A stretch of DNA of 15,449 nucleotides from Myxococcota bacterium. GTDB lineage: Bacteria; Myxococcota; UBA4151. The DNA is taken from NCBI GenBank assembly GCA_040260805.1, contig JBDQPD010000083.1, positions 1 to 15,449 on the forward strand. Direction: 5' to 3'. The position numbers and the translations under genes are program-made. Below the pieces are notes generated by a model that had not been told where the DNA came from, searched no databases, and was given only the letters and a program-made list of their open reading frames with translations. This document shows positions 1 through 7,663 of the stretch, piece after piece. How positions within the stretch are numbered: the first letter of the stretch is position 1; each line of letters opens with the position of its first letter.

Positions 1-1
1 G

Positions 2-799
2 CTCACGCCCTTGCACCTTGCGGTTTTGATTCGTTCTTTAGAGCTGACAAAGAAGTTCCTCGCCGCAGGCGCCAACCCGAGGACAAAAATCAAAGACCCC
101 GTTCATCCCATGGATCAACTTGACGCCTTTGACGTGGCGCGCCTGCTGCACTTTAACAGCAAAGATCAGATGGAGCACGATGAGGTCGAGGAATGGATCG
201 TGCTTGAAAAGATGCTCTGCGACGACCCTCAGGTCAACGCGCATGCAGCCAGCGAGATTGCGCCCGTCACGATCGACTCGGCGACGCACCAGCTCCAAAT
301 CGCCGACTATTTTGGTGACGACAACCCCTACCCAGCGGATAACTACGACATGCTCACCAAGGTGATTCAAGGCCCCTTGGGTGACCAAGACCAAGCCAGC
401 ATGGGCTTCGCCAGCGTCTGGGCATTTGAACGGGTCGAGGTGCCTTGTGCCGAACCAAGCGACTCGCCCGGCAAGGCATGCGCACGAGCTCCATACCAAG
501 CGGTTGCGCCCTCAAAGCTCGAGATACTGACCTCGATTCCGACCCGCCCAATCGGCGTGGACATGCCTCCGCCGGAGGTTAAACTCACCAAGTTACCGAG
601 CCTACGCGACCGACCTGGGCGGGAAGCTCGACTTGTGCGCCTTCGCTCGGTCGCTGTTGAACCGCTCGGCTCCGAGTACGCGGTGCGCGTGGTCGCTGAG
701 TTCGTTCAAGGCTGCCACGGTACGCCCTACACCGAGAACATGCTGCTGACGCTCGGCAAGAACCAGCCCCAGCGCGTCGTGGTCGAGGGCGGCAACTGA
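2..799 (+). CDS. Ankyrin-repeat-containing protein with unrecognised C-terminal region (5'-partial)
   Basis: The frame is open from position 2 and reads LTPLHLAVLIRSLELTKKFLAAGANP, a typical ankyrin repeat (TPLHxA...L..GA.P), followed by a degenerate half-repeat (DAFDVARL). The TTG at 11 is internal to this repeat. Stop TGA at 797-799. Confidence 0.7.
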   Translation, partial: LTPLHLAVLIRSLELTKKFLAAGANPRTKIKDPVHPMDQLDAFDVARLLHFNSKDQMEHDEVEEWIVLEKMLCDDPQVNAHAASEIAPVTIDSATHQLQIADYFGDDNPYPADNYDMLTKVIQGPLGDQDQASMGFASVWAFERVEVPCAEPSDSPGKACARAPYQAVAPSKLEILTSIPTRPIGVDMPPPEVKLTKLPSLRDRPGREARLVRLRSVAVEPLGSEYAVRVVAEFVQGCHGTPYTENMLLTLGKNQPQRVVVEGGN

Positions 800-880
800 C
801 CAGCTACTCGTCGATTCGGCAACCAGAAGAAACTCAAGCGTGGCGCCCTGGTTTCGTCTAAAGTGGCGCAGGGAACGGGG

Positions 881-1885
881 ATGGAAATGCTGATGAAGGT
901 GCGTCAATTGCTGCCCTTGGCTGCGCTGCTCGCCTCGTGCAGCCCTGCGACCACAAGCCCAAGCCTTGCGGATACAGGCTCGCTGACCAGCGACGCCGGC
1001 TCAACGACGCAGGACACGGGGAGCTCAAGCGCAGACGCCAACTCGCCGGCGAGCGATGTCGGTGTACCGATAACCGACACCGGTTCAAACGCTCCCGGGG
1101 ATCGCCCCTTGGTGCGGCGAGTCACCGATCACACCATCGACCAAGTCGTCAACGGTGAGAATTTGGAGCGCTCTTTTCACATCATGGCGCCGTCTAGGAT
1201 CGATGAGAACATCAACTACCCGGTGCTCTTTGCCTTTCACGGTAGAGGCGGCCGGGGACGAAACTTTGTGAGCTCATTGATCCCCTTCGCCGAGGCCGGA
1301 CGCTTCGTTGCAATTTTGCCGAATGGTATCGACCGCGGCTGGAACTTAGGCGCCGACCCTACTCAGCCTGACGACCTCGCCTTTGTCGATTCCATCATCG
1401 ACTACCTTCTTCAGTTTCGTGGGCTCAACCTGGGACGCATGTATGCGCTCGGGTTCTCAAACGGCGCCGGCTTGGTGCACCAGCTCGCAGCCAATCGATC
1501 GCACTTCACCGCGCACGCAGCGATGGCGACGGCGCTGATCGAGGGCAATGAGCCCAGCGCCGAGGTCCATCGCGCCTCGTTCTTAACGCTGCATGGCGTC
1601 GACGACCCCGTCTGCCCTTATGAAGGCGGACCGGGTCGAGTACGCGCAAACTTTATCGCCGCCGAAGCCAGCGCCCAGATCTGGGCTGATCAGCTCGGCT
1701 GCCCGCGCAGCCCATCCGAAGCGGGCGACACCGAAGCGGGCAACAGGCGCTTTGTCTGGGCTCCCTGCGACGAAGGCCATCGGGTCGTGCACTACGGCGT
1801 TGTGGGCTCTGAGCACAACATCCCGCGCACGACCGAGGACGGTTTATACGACCTCATCGTCGGATTTTTCGAAGCGACACCCTGA
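881..1885 (+). CDS. Secreted alpha/beta-hydrolase lipoprotein, LpqC / PHB-depolymerase-like esterase family
   Basis: Lipobox-like LLPLAALLASC, then a D/S/T/G-rich linker (DTGS, DAGS, DTGS). Esterase motifs: PVLFAFHGRGG (oxyanion region), GFSNG nucleophile elbow at 1451-1465, HGVDDPVCPYEGG (Asp) and GSEH (His). The start is ambiguous among ATG 881/887/893 (ORF track uses GTG 863). Confidence 0.8.
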   Translation: MEMLMKVRQLLPLAALLASCSPATTSPSLADTGSLTSDAGSTTQDTGSSSADANSPASDVGVPITDTGSNAPGDRPLVRRVTDHTIDQVVNGENLERSFHIMAPSRIDENINYPVLFAFHGRGGRGRNFVSSLIPFAEAGRFVAILPNGIDRGWNLGADPTQPDDLAFVDSIIDYLLQFRGLNLGRMYALGFSNGAGLVHQLAANRSHFTAHAAMATALIEGNEPSAEVHRASFLTLHGVDDPVCPYEGGPGRVRANFIAAEASAQIWADQLGCPRSPSEAGDTEAGNRRFVWAPCDEGHRVVHYGVVGSEHNIPRTTEDGLYDLIVGFFEATP

Positions 1886-1908
1886 TGACTTGAGCGCGTC
1901 GTACGCTC

Positions 1909-2928
1909 TTATTTCCGCATCGAGACGCTGCGCTCCTTGGAGCGTCTTTTTCGGTCATGCTCTTTCATTTTCTCGAGCGCCTTTTTGTACTTCTGACAGG
2001 GGTCCTCGTCATCGAGTCGCGGCGTAAACCAGGTGTAATCAAACCGCTCTAGGTCGTAGCTTTTCGCCGTGTTTTGGTCCCTTTGTACTTCGATAAGCCC
2101 AACGCTCAAGGTCTTACGCTCGATGTGGTTTGGCAGACCGTAGTCCTTTCGAACGTGCCCGTTACCGGCGATGATCACGCCGCGCCTGCGCGATGGGTTG
2201 GCCTCGCTCGTTCCAAGCGGTTGCCGATCGAGCGCAGCGGTCATTTGCGACGCCATCCAGTGATCTTTGAACACCTGCGCAGCCACCATCATATCGAGCA
2301 TTGCACCACCCGCAGCGCCGCAATGTCCGCGATGAATATCCTGCCTTAGTGTCGCAACGCCTTGGGCAGAAAGCCGCTCAATATACGAGACGGTTTCCTC
2401 GGAAAACTCCTTCGAGTTGCGCGCTCTGTTCATCAGGCGATCTCGTGATGGGTGGATCGCAAGCGCGGTCATTTGATGTCTCGTCATCGTTTGGAAAATC
2501 GGCTGGTAGAGCTCAAAACTGGGCCAGCCGCTCTTTGCCCAATCGCTCGCCTGCTCGATCTCTTGTGCGGTCATGTTCTTCTTGAGTTTGGGCGCGTCTT
2601 GCTCATCGAGCATCTCAAATCCAACCAATGACATCGGTCCCATCTGATCAATCAGCAGCGCTTGAAGCTGATGATGATCCGGATGATCATGACGCTCACC
2701 CACCAAAACCAAATCATGGGATGCCGCCGCAGCGAGCAGCTGCCGAACAGAAACGAACTTGTGCTCCTTGGTCGACCAGACCTGTCCAACCAAGGGATGA
2801 TCGACATCAAGCGTCGTCTTCCAAGCCAGCATCATCGGACCATCGACGCTCGGTTTAGAGTTCTTCGGCGCGCTGCTGCACGCCAAACTCGAGAGCACCA
2901 GCCCGACGACAAAATACCGCTGAAACAT
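1909..2928 (-). CDS. ChaN/PhuW-family (haem-uptake, iron-regulated) lipoprotein
   Basis: Motifs VLVGERHDHPDHHQLQ, GFEM, W..SGWPSFELYQPIF, AQVFKDHWMA and IIAGNGHVRKDYG are characteristic of ChaN-like proteins. From ATG 2928 the N-terminus is MFQRYFVVGLVLSSLAC (lipobox). ATG 2940 is an alternative start. Confidence 0.8.
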   Translation of the reverse strand: MFQRYFVVGLVLSSLACSSAPKNSKPSVDGPMMLAWKTTLDVDHPLVGQVWSTKEHKFVSVRQLLAAAASHDLVLVGERHDHPDHHQLQALLIDQMGPMSLVGFEMLDEQDAPKLKKNMTAQEIEQASDWAKSGWPSFELYQPIFQTMTRHQMTALAIHPSRDRLMNRARNSKEFSEETVSYIERLSAQGVATLRQDIHRGHCGAAGGAMLDMMVAAQVFKDHWMASQMTAALDRQPLGTSEANPSRRRGVIIAGNGHVRKDYGLPNHIERKTLSVGLIEVQRDQNTAKSYDLERFDYTWFTPRLDDEDPCQKYKKALEKMKEHDRKRRSKERSVSMRK

Positions 2929-3079
2929 GAATTTTCTCATTTCAAATAGAAACATTGGAGAACACCCGAATGACCGATTCACGAGCCAGCACCCCCCTCA
3001 GACGAAGACGATATTAAACCCGCTACACTCTTGGCATAGTTCTAAACTGTGCTTAACTACAGACGAACCCGAGGTGCTT

Positions 3080-3661
3080 ATGCTCATGACTCTACCCGCC
3101 GTTCGTCGATCGCTTCGCTCGATCCGCCTGGTCGGCTTAGGCGCTTTGCTCGCCTGCGCTCAAGCCACGTCATTTTCGACGACGGTCGAAGCGCAAACAC
3201 AAATAGAGGGCGGCACCCTCCTCGAGCAACTCGCGGGTGACATGGGCTTTGACAGCTTCCTCGCCTTTGATGTCACCGCCAATGAGCAGTTCGCGAACCA
3301 AGGTGTCGAACGCCACCAGATTGATTCAGTGCGACTCACTGCGCTGCGTCTCAACGCCTCCGCTGGCGACTTTACCTTTCTTGATCGGCTCGAATTCTTT
3401 GTCGAAGCAGAGGGTCAGGATCGAGTGCGGATCGCCCACGGCGGGCCCTTTCCAGAGGGACAGGCTGATATCGAGCTGTCGCTGGACGATGTGGACCTCG
3501 CACCCTACGCCGCAGCCGAGACGATGGATTTGAAAACGGTCGTGCAAGGACGGCGACCCGACCAAGACACAACGATCACTGCGGGCGTTGATTTCTTGAT
3601 CGACGTCAACGTCAGCGGTGCGCTCTGTGGAGCCGTTGAAGACGCCCAAAACGATGACTAA
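3080..3661 (+). CDS. Hypothetical lipoprotein, acidic and beta-rich
   Basis: SD-like GAGGTG at 3071-3076 precedes ATG 3080 (or ATG 3086). Basic N-region plus lipobox LVGLGALLAC. The upstream extension to 2927 would overlap the divergent gene and is unlikely. Confidence 0.7.
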   Translation: MLMTLPAVRRSLRSIRLVGLGALLACAQATSFSTTVEAQTQIEGGTLLEQLAGDMGFDSFLAFDVTANEQFANQGVERHQIDSVRLTALRLNASAGDFTFLDRLEFFVEAEGQDRVRIAHGGPFPEGQADIELSLDDVDLAPYAAAETMDLKTVVQGRRPDQDTTITAGVDFLIDVNVSGALCGAVEDAQNDD

Positions 3662-3780
3662 ACCGTCTTCGATTTAGCCTGTTCATCTGTTGGGAAAAAT
3701 GGTCAACGGCCCCATGCGCTACTCGCCGAGACTCAGTTTCGGAACCTTGATTTTAGACTGTATGTCGTCTCGCCTACAAT

Positions 3781-3799
3781 GATAATGAATCCTATTATC
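3781..3799. promoter_or_regulatory. Fur-family box
   Basis: GATAATGAATCCTATTATC matches 14/19 positions of the Fur consensus GATAATGATAATCATTATC, with perfect GATAAT/ATTATC arms. It abuts a -10-like TACAAT (3775-3780) and ends 23 bp before ATG 3823. Confidence 0.7.
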
Positions 3800-3822
3800 G
3801 AAACACGACTGGCCGACTTCCG

Positions 3823-5013
3823 ATGAAGAGTGCCCCGTCAAATATCATTCAAGGCGCAAGAAACAAGCGCCGTTTTGATGCCTGGCGACTTCCGCCTGTT
3901 GAGCATCGTCGCCTCCTCTTCTTTAGCGCTTTAGTGCTCTTGCTGTCGATCTCGGCAACTCGAGAAGCGACGATACAAGTTCTGGCTGATGCCTACTGGG
4001 CGGTCTCTTCCTACGTAGCCTTTACCATTTTCGTGGTCTATTGGCTTCAGGCAAAGTTTGCGAACACCAGCAAGTTCTCGCAGCTGATCGCGCACAATAG
4101 AGGCTATCAAGTTCTGTTCGCCGGCTTGATGGGATCGCTGCCAGGCTGTGGCGGTGCGATCATCGTGATGACTCAGTTTATCAAAGGGCGGCTAAGTTTT
4201 GGCGCCGTCGTGGCGGTCTTGACCGCTACCATGGGTGACGCAGCCTTCCTGTTGCTCGCTGCGCAGCCCAAGACCGGACTCTTAGTGCTCGGGATCTCGC
4301 TGGTGGCGGCGTTGGTCTCAGGTTGGGCTGTGGATCGCATTCACTCGAATGGATTTTTGGTTCCAGACGTCGTGATCGAAGATCTGCAAGAGGTCGAAAA
4401 CGAGCTATCGGCGAGGACTGAAGCGCAAGGGTTCTTCTGGAAGCATGCGCTGGTTCCCACCATCATCGTCGCAGGCTGTCTGTCGTTTCAAACCGACCTT
4501 GACGCGGTGTTCGGTCTCTCGGCAGGCACGATCGGCTTTCTGGGTACAGCGCTCGCTATGCTCACCATGTTTCTTTGGGCGATCGCACCATCTGGCAAAG
4601 CTAAACTCGCCAAGATGAGTACCGATGACGTTCCCTTGTTTCAGCGTGTAGCGCACGAAACCAACAACGTGACCTGCTGGGTCATCTTAGCGTTTCTGGC
4701 GTTCGAACTGACGATTCTCGGGACCGGCTGGAGTTTATCCAACCTCTTTGCAGGCGTACCAGCGGTGGCCATCTTGGCGGCTGTGTTGATTGGTTGGATC
4801 CCAGGGTGTGGTCCGCAGATTCTCACGACGACGCTCTACCTGAGTGGAGCGTTACCGCTCTCCGCCCAGCTCGGTAATTCGATCAGCAACGACGGCGACG
4901 CACTTTTTCCAGCGCTCGTGATGGCACCGAAAGCTGCAATCGTAGCCACCGCCTACAGTACGATACCGGCGCTACTGGTCGCTTACAGCTACTTCTTCTT
5001 GTTTGAATTTTAG
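3823..5013 (+). CDS. Putative manganese/heavy-metal transporter (DUF2899 / ArsP_2-like, about 10 TM)
   Basis: Multi-pass hydrophobic protein with the duplicated family motifs GSLPGCGGAIIV...TATMGDAAFLL and GWIPGCGPQIL...SNDGDALFP (PGCG at 4141-4152 and 4801-4812). Confidence 0.8.
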   Translation: MKSAPSNIIQGARNKRRFDAWRLPPVEHRRLLFFSALVLLLSISATREATIQVLADAYWAVSSYVAFTIFVVYWLQAKFANTSKFSQLIAHNRGYQVLFAGLMGSLPGCGGAIIVMTQFIKGRLSFGAVVAVLTATMGDAAFLLLAAQPKTGLLVLGISLVAALVSGWAVDRIHSNGFLVPDVVIEDLQEVENELSARTEAQGFFWKHALVPTIIVAGCLSFQTDLDAVFGLSAGTIGFLGTALAMLTMFLWAIAPSGKAKLAKMSTDDVPLFQRVAHETNNVTCWVILAFLAFELTILGTGWSLSNLFAGVPAVAILAAVLIGWIPGCGPQILTTTLYLSGALPLSAQLGNSISNDGDALFPALVMAPKAAIVATAYSTIPALLVAYSYFFLFEF

Positions 5014-5037
5014 GCTTTGTGGCCACAGGAGCGCAGC

Positions 5038-5457
5038 GTGACGAACGCAACCAAGGAGTTTCGATTCCTCGGCTTATCGATGGTCAAGATAACGATCGGC
5101 TATGGCGTACTCTTGATCGTATGGGCTGCTTTGTTCTCGATCGGTAGCAAGTCCTTTACCTCTTGGATTCCAGCGATGATTGGCGCCCCGATTCTGTTAT
5201 CGGGTCTGCTGTCTCATCGGCTCCCTACCCGACGCAAAATGATCATGCACATCGCCGTACTCTTTGGGCTCTTCGCCTTTTTAGGTGGCTTTCGGTTCTT
5301 CTCCGGGCTTAGCTCGGAGGCAGGGATTTTGGGTAAGCCTAAAGCGGCGGCATCGCAGTTGATGCTGCTGATTACCGGCGGCGTCTATACCTTTAGCTGC
5401 GTCCGATCCTTTATCTGGGCGCGCAAGAACCGAACAGCAGAAGCGGCCCGGGACTAA
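5038..5457 (+). CDS. Small integral membrane protein (about 4 TM, possibly TMEM14-like), function unknown
   Basis: AGGAG at 5027-5031 lies 6 nt before the in-frame GTG 5038 (ATG 5080 is an alternative). Four hydrophobic segments with the pattern TSWIPAMIG...RKMIMHIAVL. It starts 24 bp after the transporter, so the two are probably co-transcribed. Confidence 0.7.
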   Translation: MTNATKEFRFLGLSMVKITIGYGVLLIVWAALFSIGSKSFTSWIPAMIGAPILLSGLLSHRLPTRRKMIMHIAVLFGLFAFLGGFRFFSGLSSEAGILGKPKAAASQLMLLITGGVYTFSCVRSFIWARKNRTAEAARD

Positions 5458-6794
5458 GGGTTAGTCCCTTGTACATCGGCTTCGGCTAAGGCCTTCACGT
5501 GGTCTAAAACACGCTCGTGGATTCTACCGATAATCGCGTCGCTAAAGGTCTTCCAATAGATCTGCGGCGCCATATCTAAGGTGTACCATGTGGTCCCAAC
5601 CAGCCGGGTCTTGTTATCGGGAAGTCGCTCCAACCTGAACTCGCCTCGGCGGCTCTTCATCGAACCCGCCAGATGCGGAGCGTGCACATGCTGATAAGGG
5701 CTCCACTCGTGCATCGGCGGCGGCTGCTTCGTGACGTCAAATGCGAGATGATGCGGTGGGTTCCAGACCGTAATCGGTTCTACGAATGCGCCGGTTGTAA
5801 ACTCGCAATGCCGGACTGCGCCGACGCCCTCACCCTCGATCCGGGCGCGCACCGGACACGCAATTCCCGTCTTCATGAGCCAATCACTCGGAGGGGGTAG
5901 ATCGGGAAAGCTGACCACATGCTTCCAGACCGCTTCGGGTGGCGCATCGACCACGACCTCGGTCACTGCGCTGTGCACCCAGCCATCGAGATCCTGCCCC
6001 GGCATCGCCATGGTCAAAGGCAGCGCGAGCAGCAGACTAGCGACCGCCCCCCCCGATTGAGCCTGCGCCATGCTCCGGCCAACGAGCGCGCCCATCGCCG
6101 CAAGAGCTGCAGCCAACGGCGCCGCCATCATCAAACAGATCCCCCCCTCAAGCGCCAGCAACAGCATGGCGCCTCCGCATAATCCGAGCCCGAGCAGCGC
6201 AATCCCCACGCTTCGCTTGATGCTCGTGTGTCCGCTTTGAGCCGCCAAATAGGCGCTGACCACGCCCATCACAAAAGGGGTGCCAGCGAACAGCGCCGAG
6301 CCATATTCTTCTAAACCAAAAACGCTGACCAGCAACGCCACCAAACCGGTCGCAATGCCAGCGACCAGAGCCTTGAGCGCTTGGGGTAAGGCTGCCGGGA
6401 GCTGGTCGCCTTTGCGCTTCTCTTTCGCCTGACGCGTTGGCCCCGCGCACAGCGCAAAGATCATCAACCAGTTGATCAAGGGCAAAAAGAACAAGAGGCC
6501 TATCCATGGGGAGAACCCGGCGTCTCGAGCTCGCCTGATGCTCATGCTCACACCAATCCAGACGAAGGGCAGGCTGAGCAACGCCATCACCAAGAAACTC
6601 AAGTTCGCGTTATTGATCCCATCAAGGCGCCACATCAAAGACGGGCTCAGATAAGTCCAAGGCGCCATAAACTGAGCGGTATCGAGGTACAAAACCAAGG
6701 AATCAAGAGCGTACTTGATGACCAACAAGCCGAGACCGTGCTTGAGGTACTGCGACCGGCTTACCGCCACGCGTCCAAACCACAACTGAGTCAC
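5454..6794 (-). CDS. DUF805 membrane domain + multi-TM region + C-terminal SRPBCC (START-like) domain protein
   Basis: DUF805-type motif SMSIRRARDAGFSPWIGLLFFLPLINW. The C-terminus TEVVVDAPPEAVWKHV...GVGAVRHCEFTTGAFVEPITVW...GEFRLE...TRLVGTTWY...IHERVLDHVK is SRPBCC-like. AGGAG lies 7 nt upstream of GTG 6794 (ORF track start 6854). Confidence 0.75.
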   Translation of the reverse strand: MTQLWFGRVAVSRSQYLKHGLGLLVIKYALDSLVLYLDTAQFMAPWTYLSPSLMWRLDGINNANLSFLVMALLSLPFVWIGVSMSIRRARDAGFSPWIGLLFFLPLINWLMIFALCAGPTRQAKEKRKGDQLPAALPQALKALVAGIATGLVALLVSVFGLEEYGSALFAGTPFVMGVVSAYLAAQSGHTSIKRSVGIALLGLGLCGGAMLLLALEGGICLMMAAPLAAALAAMGALVGRSMAQAQSGGAVASLLLALPLTMAMPGQDLDGWVHSAVTEVVVDAPPEAVWKHVVSFPDLPPPSDWLMKTGIACPVRARIEGEGVGAVRHCEFTTGAFVEPITVWNPPHHLAFDVTKQPPPMHEWSPYQHVHAPHLAGSMKSRRGEFRLERLPDNKTRLVGTTWYTLDMAPQIYWKTFSDAIIGRIHERVLDHVKALAEADVQGTNP

Positions 6795-6916
6795 GAGGTC
6801 TCTCCTAACCGCGAGACCCTGACGGCTGTTGTGACCGACGACAAGGGATAGCATGGTGCCGAGGTAGGAACCGAAGCCGGCTTGCCAATCTAGGTCACTG
6901 CGCCTAGCTCCAAGGA

Positions 6917-7663
6917 ATGAAAGAGCGAATCGACATCTTATTGGTTCAGCGCGGCTTATGCTCGACGCGAAGCCGAGCGCAGGCGCGCATCATGGCGGGT
7001 CAGGTCATCGTCGATGATCACCGAATCGATAAGGCGGGCACCAAGGTCTCTACCGAGGCCGAGATCCGCATCAAAGGCGACGACTTAGCCTACGTCTCAA
7101 GGGGCGGCCTAAAGCTTGAGGGCGCGCTCGATGCGTGGCCTATCGAGCTCACCGGTCGGGTCGCTTTGGATGTCGGCGCTTCAACCGGTGGCTTTACCGA
7201 CCTGCTCCTGCAGCGAGGGGCGCGCCAAGTGTACGCGGTCGACGTGGGTCACAATCAATTGGCGTGGAAGCTTCGACAAGACCCTCGCGTGATCAATCTT
7301 GAGCGCACCCACATCGCAAAGCTTGAGGTGGGAAGCCTAGAGCCTGCTCCCACCCTCGCCGTCATCGACGTGAGCTTCATCTCGCTGCGCAGAGTGCTCC
7401 CGGCAACGGTGCCTCACTTGGCGGCAGGAGGGCGTATCTATGCCTTGATCAAGCCCCAGTTCGAGGTGGGGCGAGAACGAATCGGCAAAGGCGGTATCGT
7501 GCGAGACGACAAGGCTCGAGAAGAGGCCGTCCAAGGCGTCTTAGCCACCGCCGAGGCCCTTGGGCTTGAGTTGCTTGGAACGATCGAGAGTCCGATCACA
7601 GGGACTCAGGGCAACGTCGAATACCTCGCCGGCTGGCGATCCAACGAGCCTAGCGAGGGCTAG
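6917..7663 (+). CDS. tlyA: TlyA-family rRNA (cytidine-2'-O)-methyltransferase
   Basis: S4 domain KERIDILLVQRGL..TRSRAQARIMAG, then YVSRGGLKL, SAM motif LDVGASTGGFTD, VDVGHNQL, DVSFISL, LIKPQFE and SPITGTQGNVEYL. Confidence 0.95.
   Translation: MKERIDILLVQRGLCSTRSRAQARIMAGQVIVDDHRIDKAGTKVSTEAEIRIKGDDLAYVSRGGLKLEGALDAWPIELTGRVALDVGASTGGFTDLLLQRGARQVYAVDVGHNQLAWKLRQDPRVINLERTHIAKLEVGSLEPAPTLAVIDVSFISLRRVLPATVPHLAAGGRIYALIKPQFEVGRERIGKGGIVRDDKAREEAVQGVLATAEALGLELLGTIESPITGTQGNVEYLAGWRSNEPSEG

Noticed and set aside
2922..2945. Possible Fur box at the ChaN-like start (minus strand TGAAATGAGAAAATTCATG)
   Set aside because: Only about 10/19 consensus matches, and it overlaps the RBS/start region, so it is not distinguishable from AT-rich background.
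2927..3079. N-terminal extensions of the two divergent lipoprotein ORFs (to 2982 and from 2927)
   Set aside because: They would overlap head-to-head; the signal peptides and SD support starts at 2928 and 3080.
6875..6907. Short palindromes upstream of tlyA (AAGCCGGCTT; CTAGG-N8-CCTAG)
   Set aside because: Arms of 5 bp are likely by chance at this GC content, and there is no other support.
7650..7663. Convergent 3' overlaps (also 5454-5457 and 12116-12132) as antisense regulation
   Set aside because: Short tail-to-tail overlaps are common in compact genomes; nothing else suggests a function.
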